Below are positions 8,775 through 17,768 of a stretch of DNA of 32,000 nucleotides, piece by piece. Source of the stretch: Erysipelotrichaceae bacterium (GTDB lineage Bacteria > Bacillota_I > Bacilli_A > Erysipelotrichales > Erysipelotrichaceae); NCBI GenBank assembly GCA_963676105.1, contig OY781039.1, forward strand, positions 1,620,001 to 1,652,000, written 5' to 3'. The first letter of the stretch is position 1. Each line of letters opens with the position of its first letter. The position numbers were made by a program, and so were the translations under genes. The notes under the pieces were generated by a model. The model made no database searches. It saw only the letters and a program-made list of their open reading frames with translations, and was not told the origin of the DNA.

Positions 8775-9755
8775 TTATTCAATAGCTGCAAAGAGTGCTT
8801 CTGCATCTTCAGCTGGTAACATACTAGAAATTAAATCTTTGTTTTGAATCATAAACCAGACAGCTGTGTCCTCATAATTAGCACCAGTGTCTTGCATATA
8901 AGCAAGTGCGTTAGATGTTAATTGAGATGAAGTTGTGTAATTACCTAAGAAGGCATCCATTTCTGGATTATCATCCGCAAAGCCTGCACGTGTACATACA
9001 GTAACGTTCATTGATGGAATTTCATTGATTCCGTTGTAGTAATCTTCTTCATTTGTATAAGGTGTATCTTCTAAAAGAACTAAATCATATTTGCCTGTGA
9101 CCCATGTTGGTTCCCAGTAATAAGCTACAAATGGTTCACCTGCTTCATAGAAAGCAGTGATATTAGCGGCTAGTGCTGAATCTGAACCAGGGCTCATGTA
9201 GTTATAGAATTCATCTAAACCATAAGCCACCATTTTGGCATTTAAGACTTCATTGACTTCCCAACCTGGGATTGCTAAGTAGATCATGCCTTTTGTAGGA
9301 TCATCTGGATCTTCAAAAACATTGGCATATTCTTTTAAGTCCATAACTGTTTTAAGGTCTGGTGCTAATGCGTCATCACCTTCAACAATATATGCGGGGA
9401 CATATAAGCCTTGAGCGTTATCATCAAAGTTTGTACCTTTTTCGATAATTTCACCATTAGCAACTGCATCTGCATATGGTGCGATACCATCTGACCATGT
9501 TTCTGTGTAAACATCAATTTCTCCAGATTTAAGTGCTTCAAATGTGATCGCAGTTGACCCCGGGACTTCTTCCCAAGTGGTGTTGTATAAGACTTCCGCA
9601 ACTTTACCAACGACAGCGTTATGGAATCGTACACTATCCCATCCTGGATCAGCTAAGACGATATGTCTTTCTGGCATTTCTTCTTCAGCTGGTGCACTTG
9701 AACAACCACTTAAAATTAGTAGCCCAAAAAGCGCAATACTTAAAAAACGTTTCAT
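8775..9755 (-). CDS. ProX/OpuAC-family substrate-binding lipoprotein, paralog 3
   Basis: The ORF-track frame extends to 9860, but the lipoprotein signal MKRFLSIALFGLLILSGC starts at ATG 9755 behind GGAGGG (9763-9768). By eye it is about three-quarters identical to paralog 1. Confidence 0.9.
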   Translation of the reverse strand: MKRFLSIALFGLLILSGCSSAPAEEEMPERHIVLADPGWDSVRFHNAVVGKVAEVLYNTTWEEVPGSTAITFEALKSGEIDVYTETWSDGIAPYADAVANGEIIEKGTNFDDNAQGLYVPAYIVEGDDALAPDLKTVMDLKEYANVFEDPDDPTKGMIYLAIPGWEVNEVLNAKMVAYGLDEFYNYMSPGSDSALAANITAFYEAGEPFVAYYWEPTWVTGKYDLVLLEDTPYTNEEDYYNGINEIPSMNVTVCTRAGFADDNPEMDAFLGNYTTSSQLTSNALAYMQDTGANYEDTAVWFMIQNKDLISSMLPAEDAEALFAAIE

Positions 9756-9774
9756 TAAAAAACCCTCCATTTCG

Positions 9775-9846
9775 ATTGTGAGATTATGTGTTAAAAACCT
9801 GCACAAATATGAGTTCATTTTACTGAAGAATTTAACAGAAAACCAA
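9775..9846 (-). promoter_or_regulatory. Promoter (AAATTGGTT - 18 nt - TAAAAT) and 5' inverted repeat of paralog 3
   Basis: The -35 is at 9841-9846 and the -10 at 9817-9822. Element TTGTGCAGGTT-TTTAACACAT-AATCTCACAA at 9806-9775. Confidence 0.45.
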
Positions 9847-9892
9847 TTTGAACAAGCCAAAAGAACTTGTATAGCACTATTTTGAATGGTAA

Positions 9893-9916
9893 CTACCCAT
9901 ATATATATATGGGTAG
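9893..9916. repeat. Perfect 24-bp palindrome CTACCC(AT)6GGGTAG in the divergent intergenic region
   Basis: Read directly: CTACCCATATATATATATGGGTAG. No flanking T-run on either strand. Confidence 0.9.
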
Positions 9917-10037
9917 AAAATTCTTTATGAAAATTGTGTGAAGAAGTCTGGTTTGCACACTATTTAGGGCTTTATTCATCCATTTGACTAAGATGAAAAT
10001 TTCATGAGAAAAAGTTCACAAATACAACTAGTTTCAT

Positions 10038-10065
10038 TGTTTGTTAGTAGGGGAAATGCTATAAT
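10038..10065 (+). promoter_or_regulatory. Putative extended -10 promoter of pgk operon
   Basis: TGCTATAAT (10057-10065) with a weak -35 TTGTTT. AGGAGG SD at about 10080 and ATG at 10096. Confidence 0.4.
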
Positions 10066-10095
10066 ATTGTGGAACTTTAGGAGGATTAAAATTAG

Positions 10096-11291
10096 ATGGC
10101 GAAACGCACTGTTAAAGATCTAGCGGTTAAAGGAAAAAAAGTAATCGTTAGAGTCGATTTTAATGTGCCATTAAAAGATGGTGTCATTACTGATGAGAAT
10201 CGTATTGTACAAGCTTTACCTACTATTAATTATTTAGTAGAAGAAGGCGCAAAAATTATTCTATTATCACACTTAGGAAAAGTGGATCATAAAGATCCTG
10301 AAAAAACAGAAGCTAATAAAAAGAAAAACAACATGGCTCCTGTTGCCGCTAAGTTAGCTGAAAAAGTAGATACAAAAGTTACATTCGTAGCTGAAACACG
10401 TGGTGAAGCAGTTGAAAAAGCTGTGGCAGATTTGAAAGATGGTGAAATCGTCGTTCTTCAAAACACACGTTATGAAAAAGGTGAAAGCAAGAATGATCCT
10501 GAATTGTCAGCATACTGGGCAAGTTTAGGTGATTTATTTGTGACTGATGCATTTGGATCAGTTCACAGAGCTCATTCAAGTACTGTAGGTATTGCTTCAA
10601 TCTTACCAAATGCATTAGGTTTCTTAGTTGAGAAAGAAGTAAACCAATTATCAAAAGCTGTTTATAACCCAGAACGTCCATTCGTGGCGATTCTTGGTGG
10701 ATCAAAAGTAAGTGATAAGATTCCTGTTATTGAAAACTTATTAACTTCTGCTGACAAAATCTTAGTTGGTGGTGGTATGGCTTTCACATTTGCCAAAGCT
10801 CAAGGTTTAGAAATCGGTTCATCTTTATTAGATGAAGCATCACTTGAACTTACTAAAAAATTCATGGCTGAAGGTAAAGACAAAATTGTATTACCTGTAG
10901 ATTACATGGTTGCAGATAAATTTGCAGAAGATGCTGATCACTACGTTGTTGATGCAGACAAAATTCCTGCAGGTTATATGGGTTTAGATGTTGGTCCTAA
11001 AACTTTAGAATTATTCTCTAAAGAATTAGCTGGTGCTAAAACAGTTGTTTGGAATGGCCCTATGGGTGTATTCGAAATGAAACCTTATGCTGCTGGAACA
11101 ATCGGTGTATGTGAAACATTAGCAAATATGAAAGATGCCTTCACTGTTATCGGTGGTGGTGATAGTGCTGCAGCTGCAAACCAAAATGGTTTCTCTGAGT
11201 CTTTTTCACACATCTCAACAGGTGGTGGTGCATCACTTGAATTTATGGAAGGAAAAGAATTACCTGGTATTGCGGTAATTCAGGAAGCATA

Positions 11292-11292
<1 letters not shown>
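10096..11292 (+). CDS. pgk: Phosphoglycerate kinase
   Basis: 398 aa. Canonical Pgk sequence ([20 protein letters not shown]...). Strong SD. Confidence 0.97.
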
Positions 11293-13350
<2,058 letters not shown>

Positions 13351-13370
13351 TTTCATTATTTAAATTAAGT

Positions 13371-13398
13371 GGCTACTCTATTGAGTAGCCCTTTTTTA
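13371..13398 (+). terminator. Rho-independent terminator after eno
   Basis: GGCTACTC-TATT-GAGTAGCC followed by CTTTTTTAT. Confidence 0.8.
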
Positions 13399-13409
13399 TA
13401 GGTAAAACC

Positions 13410-13438
13410 TTGTATTAAGTTTATTAGAGTGCTAAAAT
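13410..13438 (+). promoter_or_regulatory. Putative promoter of secG (TTGTAT - 17 nt - TGcTAAAAT)
   Basis: -35 at 13410-13415, extended -10 at 13430-13438, SD AAAGGAG at 13453-13459. Confidence 0.5.
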
Positions 13439-13466
13439 ATCAAAGCAACTATAAAGGAGATGCTGT

Positions 13467-13688
13467 ATGATTGATATCATTCTAATGGTAGTAGCTGCAC
13501 TACTTATTATCTTAAGTCTATTACAAAGTGGTAAATCTGAAGGCCTCAGTTCAGCATTCTCTGGACAAGGTGGTCTCAATTTATTTGAGAACGTTAAAGA
13601 ACGTGGACCAGAAAAAACACTCTCTCGCTTAACTATGGCGTTAGGTGGCGTATTTTTTGTTCTCGTTATCTTATCAAACATTCTTTAA
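13467..13688 (+). CDS. secG: Preprotein translocase subunit SecG
   Basis: 73 aa, two hydrophobic helices flanking the Gly-rich loop SGKSEGLSSAFSGQGG. Conserved secG-rnr-smpB synteny. Confidence 0.85.
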   Translation: MIDIILMVVAALLIILSLLQSGKSEGLSSAFSGQGGLNLFENVKERGPEKTLSRLTMALGGVFFVLVILSNIL

Positions 13689-13692
13689 TTAC

Positions 13693-13720
13693 AAAGGCCA
13701 CTAAAGGCCTTTTATTTTTA
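13693..13720 (+). terminator. Hairpin/terminator after secG (probably partial)
   Basis: AAAGGCC-ACTAAA-GGCCTTT followed by TATTTTTA. The rnr ATG follows immediately without an SD. Confidence 0.55.
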
Positions 13721-13721
13721 T

Positions 13722-15782
13722 ATGGAAAAAGAAACACTATTTGAACTAATACAAAATCACAATAAATTACGCTCGGCTGAAGAATGGGCTATTTATCTTA
13801 AGTTAAAAGATGAAGAACTTGAGTCGTTTTTTAGCTTGGTTTATCAACTTCAGTCAAATTATGAACTTATCACCACAAAAAAAGGGAAGCTTCAACTTAT
13901 TGAAGAAAGTGATTTAATCCAAGGGACACTAAGCATAAATCCTAAAGGTTTCGGTTTTGTGGATGGTGAAAATGAATCTATATATATTCCATCAGATAAC
14001 TTCAATACAGCTATGGATGGTGATAAAGTCTTGGTTAAACCTCGTGTCTTTAAAAATCAAAGTAAAGAAGGCATGATTATCAAAGTTTTAGATAGACACA
14101 CCAACCAACTTGTCGCAAATTATGAAAGAAAAGGCAAAAAAGAAAGTCTTCATATCGATGATCCTCGATTTATTTATAAAATTAAACTCGTTGATTCTGA
14201 TACATCGCATTGTGTTAATGGTTCAGTATTACTTTTAGATATCGTTAAATATGGAAGTATAACAGAAGTTAAAATTAATCACATTTTAGGTCATAAAGAT
14301 GACCCAGGAATGGATATCACTCAAATCTTAATTCAGCATAAGATCAATCTTAAATTTCCAGATGCGGTGATGGAAGAAACTGAACAAATTCCAATGAAAG
14401 TCAGTGAAACTGACATAGTTGGTAGAACTGATTATCGTAATGAAGTCGTAGTCACTATTGATGGTGAAGATGCGAAAGATTTTGATGATGCGATTAGTAT
14501 CAAACGTATTGAAAATGGTTATAAGTTAGATGTTCATATTGCCGATGTGTCTCATTATATACAAGAGAATAGTCCACTAGATAAAGAGGCAAGAGAACGT
14601 GGGACCAGCGTTTATGTTGTTGATAGAGTAGTTCCAATGTTGCCTCATACACTATCTAATGGTATCTGCTCTTTGATGGAAGGGGTAAATCGTTTAACTC
14701 TAACTTGCTCAATGGAAATTGATCATGGTGGATCTGTGATTAATTATGATATTCATCCTTCAGTCATTAAATCGTCAAAAAGAATGACCTATACCAATGT
14801 TAATAAAGTTTTAGATGGTGAAACACCTAAGGGCTATGAAAAGTATGTTGAGATGATTGAGCTCATGGATGAATGTGCGCAGCGTATTCGTTACCAAAGA
14901 GATGAAAAAGGATCGATTAACTTTAGTTCAGTTGAATCAAAATTCATCTTAAACAAGAAGAGAGAAATCATTGATATTAGTGCTCGTGTCCAAGACGATG
15001 CAGAGATGTTAATTGAAGACTTCATGGTTTGTGCAAATGAAACAGTCGCAAAACACATGAAGTATTTAGATGTTCCAGCACTTTATCGAGTACACTCATC
15101 ACCTACTAAAAAACGTTTTGATAATTTTTTAATGGTTGCGAAATATTTTAACGTGAAGATTCGTTATGAACATATTTCTCCCAAAGTACTACAATCTATC
15201 CTTAAACAATTTGAACATCATGATGAATATCAACTTATGAATGACATGATGTTGAGATCAATGGCTAAAGCTCATTATGATCATCAATGTCTAGGTCATT
15301 TTGGTCTAGCGTTAGCTGAGTATTGTCATTTCACATCTCCTATTCGGCGTTATCCTGATTTAATTGTTCATCGTATGCTTAGACGCCATGTCTTTACTTA
15401 TCATCCTGAACAGTTATCACAAGATGCTCATACAGTTGAAGAGTGTGGACTTGAAACTTCAAGAAGTGAACAAAGAGCTGTTGAAGCAGAACGTGCAGTT
15501 GAAAGTATGAAGAAGGCAGAATTCATGGAGAAACATCTTGGTGATGTCTTTGAAGGTGTCATTAGTTCAGTAACCAAATTTGGATTATTTGTGCAACTCC
15601 CAAATACAGTTGAAGGGCTCGTTCATATCTCAACACTTAAAGGTTATTTTGAATTTGATGAACGGAGATATGCTTTAGTTCGAGCAGGTAGTTATAAGGA
15701 ATACCGTTTAGGACAAAAGTTAAAAGTACGCGTCGTAGCGGCATCAAAAGAGAATCAAACGATTGATTTTCATATTGTATAA
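13722..15782 (+). CDS. rnr: Ribonuclease R
   Basis: 686 aa. Cold-shock/OB N-terminal region, RNB catalytic domain (IDGEDAKDFDDA, HFGL..YCHFTSPIRRYPDL), C-terminal S1 domain. Confidence 0.93.
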   Translation: MEKETLFELIQNHNKLRSAEEWAIYLKLKDEELESFFSLVYQLQSNYELITTKKGKLQLIEESDLIQGTLSINPKGFGFVDGENESIYIPSDNFNTAMDGDKVLVKPRVFKNQSKEGMIIKVLDRHTNQLVANYERKGKKESLHIDDPRFIYKIKLVDSDTSHCVNGSVLLLDIVKYGSITEVKINHILGHKDDPGMDITQILIQHKINLKFPDAVMEETEQIPMKVSETDIVGRTDYRNEVVVTIDGEDAKDFDDAISIKRIENGYKLDVHIADVSHYIQENSPLDKEARERGTSVYVVDRVVPMLPHTLSNGICSLMEGVNRLTLTCSMEIDHGGSVINYDIHPSVIKSSKRMTYTNVNKVLDGETPKGYEKYVEMIELMDECAQRIRYQRDEKGSINFSSVESKFILNKKREIIDISARVQDDAEMLIEDFMVCANETVAKHMKYLDVPALYRVHSSPTKKRFDNFLMVAKYFNVKIRYEHISPKVLQSILKQFEHHDEYQLMNDMMLRSMAKAHYDHQCLGHFGLALAEYCHFTSPIRRYPDLIVHRMLRRHVFTYHPEQLSQDAHTVEECGLETSRSEQRAVEAERAVESMKKAEFMEKHLGDVFEGVISSVTKFGLFVQLPNTVEGLVHISTLKGYFEFDERRYALVRAGSYKEYRLGQKLKVRVVAASKENQTIDFHIV

Positions 15783-15794
15783 TAGGAAGTGCTC

Positions 15795-16247
15795 ATGTCA
15801 GAAAAACTAATCGCAAAAAATAGAAAAGCTTATCATGACTACTTCATTGAAGAAACCTATGAAGCAGGACTTGTTTTATTTGGAACTGAGATCAAATCAA
15901 TTAGAAAAGGTGCAGTTCAATTTAAGGATGCCTATATTCATTTCGTAGATAATGAAGCTTTTATACGGGATATGTATATTGCTCAGTATGAACAAGGCAA
16001 TCGTTTTAACCATGAAGAAACTCGTGAAAGAAAACTTCTGCTTCATAAAGAAGAAATCATTAAACTACAAAAAAAGGTACAACTTAAAGGTTATACCGTG
16101 ATTCCACTATCAATGTATTTATCAAAAGGACGAGCTAAGCTAGAAATAGCACTTGCGACAGGTAAAGACCTTCATGATAAGCGTGAAAGTGATAAAGCCA
16201 AAACAGCCAAACGAGAAATGCAGAAGGCTCTAAAACAACATCGATAA
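15795..16247 (+). CDS. smpB: SsrA-binding protein SmpB
   Basis: ATG 15795 (MSEKLIAKNRKAYHDY...) behind AGGAAG. The ORF-track GTG at 15789 is less likely. Confidence 0.93.
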   Translation: MSEKLIAKNRKAYHDYFIEETYEAGLVLFGTEIKSIRKGAVQFKDAYIHFVDNEAFIRDMYIAQYEQGNRFNHEETRERKLLLHKEEIIKLQKKVQLKGYTVIPLSMYLSKGRAKLEIALATGKDLHDKRESDKAKTAKREMQKALKQHR

Positions 16248-16272
16248 CCTAGGGTAAAACCTAGGTTTTTAT
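16246..16272 (+). terminator. Rho-independent terminator after smpB
   Basis: AACCTAGG-GTAAAA-CCTAGGTT followed by TTTTAT. Confidence 0.75.
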
Positions 16273-16305
16273 ATAACTTATAAATAATTAAAGTAAAATA
16301 AGTTT

Positions 16306-16728
16306 ATGAGTACAGAAAACATTCCAAATTTTAAAACCGTCACCCATCAAAATTGTTTTGATATGGGGACACTTGCACTTCGACTTGTCAAAGAAAGACA
16401 ACTTAGAAGAATCGGGGTTAGAGTTACCCTAGAAGATAAACTCGTTTTTCAATACTTAATGGATGGTAAAAATGAAGACATCTATTTAAGAGGAAAAGAA
16501 AAAGTTGTGTTAGAAACTAAACACAGTTCAGATTATGTCTTTAATCATAAAGATGATTACGCTGCTTTATTAGATGATAAATCTTACTGCGTAAGTGGTG
16601 GCTCAGTACCGATTATTATCAATGGTGAAGTTAAAGGATCCATCAGTATTTCAGGTATGACGCAAGAAGCAGATCATGCATTAAGCTTAGAAGTATTAAA
16701 TACAATTTTTAATCAAACTCAGGAGTAA
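16306..16728 (+). CDS. Heme-degrading-domain / UPF0303 (GlcG/DUF336-like) protein
   Basis: 140 aa. C-terminal SGGSVPIIINGEVKGSISISGMTQEADH resembles the GlcG/HbpS-like fold signature. No SD. Confidence 0.65.
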   Translation: MSTENIPNFKTVTHQNCFDMGTLALRLVKERQLRRIGVRVTLEDKLVFQYLMDGKNEDIYLRGKEKVVLETKHSSDYVFNHKDDYAALLDDKSYCVSGGSVPIIINGEVKGSISISGMTQEADHALSLEVLNTIFNQTQE

Positions 16729-16732
16729 TATT

Positions 16733-17758
16733 ATGAAGCAAATCACCTTAGGAATCATTGGTAATGGAAAGAGTGCCAATCGTTATCACTTACCATTTAT
16801 CCTACAAAGAAAAGATAAGTTTAAAGTTAAAACCATTTATCAAAGAACAATCAAACATGAAGAATGGAAGAAACTTAATGACATTACTTATACAGATAAT
16901 ATGGATGAACTACTCAATGATCCTGAGATTGATTGTGTTGTCATCTCCACACCATCAAGTGTTCATTATTCCTTGGCAAAACAAGTCTTAAATGCGAATA
17001 AGAACTGTGTGGTTGAAAAACCATTTACCGAGACTTTAGAAGAAGCTCAAGAACTATTTGATTTGGCGAAGTCTAAAGGTCTAATGGTTCAGGGTTATCA
17101 AAACAGACGTTTCGATTCTGACTTAGTTACGGCTCAATCAATCATGAAATCAGGCATTCTAGGCGATTTATTAGAGCTTGAATTATCATTTGATTATGAG
17201 CGTTCAGAAGTGGTTGAAGCAGTTCATCATTTTAGTAAGATAAATTCCTTTTATTATGGCCATGCTTGTCACTCCATTGATCAAGTCATTCATGTTTTTG
17301 GTAAACCCAATAGAGTGGTCTATGATGTTCGTCAACTTTTAGGTGAAGGTCGTATGAATGATTACTTTGATTTAGATTTATTTTATGACACGATTAAAGT
17401 ATCAATTAAATCCTCTTTCTTTAGAGTTCATAAAAGACCAAGCTTAGTATTAGTGGGTAAAAAAGGCTCATATGTTAAAGTAACGAAAGATAAACAGGAA
17501 GACCAACTTAAATCATTCTTATGGCCAGACTGGCCAACATTTGGTCTAGATGATCGTGATGAGTATGGAACGTTGTATTATGTAGATAAAGATAAGAACT
17601 ATCATGAAGAAAAAGTAGAAACTCTAAAAGGTGACTATGGAACTTATTATGATTATCTCTATGAAACATTAGCGAATGGTGCAGAAAAACTCGTTAAAGA
17701 TGAACATACACTTTGGCAGTTAGAAATGTTAGAAGAAGGTATTGCTGGCCTTAAATAA
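16733..17758 (+). CDS. Gfo/Idh/MocA family oxidoreductase
   Basis: 341 aa. N-terminal Rossmann GIIGNGKSA and the family EKP motif (VVEKPFT). AGGAG SD. Confidence 0.85.
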   Translation: MKQITLGIIGNGKSANRYHLPFILQRKDKFKVKTIYQRTIKHEEWKKLNDITYTDNMDELLNDPEIDCVVISTPSSVHYSLAKQVLNANKNCVVEKPFTETLEEAQELFDLAKSKGLMVQGYQNRRFDSDLVTAQSIMKSGILGDLLELELSFDYERSEVVEAVHHFSKINSFYYGHACHSIDQVIHVFGKPNRVVYDVRQLLGEGRMNDYFDLDLFYDTIKVSIKSSFFRVHKRPSLVLVGKKGSYVKVTKDKQEDQLKSFLWPDWPTFGLDDRDEYGTLYYVDKDKNYHEEKVETLKGDYGTYYDYLYETLANGAEKLVKDEHTLWQLEMLEEGIAGLK

Positions 17759-17768
17759 GGAGCAAATT

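Noticed and set aside
9756-9860. 35-codon N-terminal extension of binding-protein paralog 3 (MACSNWFSVKFF...)
   Set aside because: The extension covers the predicted promoter, inverted repeat and SD. The lipoprotein signal peptide and the GGAGGG SD fit ATG 9755, matching paralogs 1 and 2.
7114-9885. ORF-track entries 7114..7383(+), 7882..8145(+), 8376..8678(+), 9365..9634(-), 9544..9885(+), 9554..9781(+)
   Set aside because: These are antisense or alternative-frame ORFs inside the three binding-protein genes and their leaders. They recur because the paralogs share sequence, not because they code for protein.
9899-9910. (AT)6 tract considered as a microsatellite, a mobile-element end, or a terminator
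   Set aside because: It is a single copy forming the core of one palindrome. It has no flanking direct repeats, no transposase or integrase nearby, and no T-run. It is reported only as a palindrome.
16248-16305. Looked for a tmRNA (ssrA) gene after smpB, and for tRNA-like T-arm sequences anywhere in the window
   Set aside because: Only 58 nt separate smpB from the next CDS, and a terminator hairpin occupies them. I saw no GGTTCGAATCC-type T-arm or acceptor-stem-like GC-rich segment in any intergenic region.
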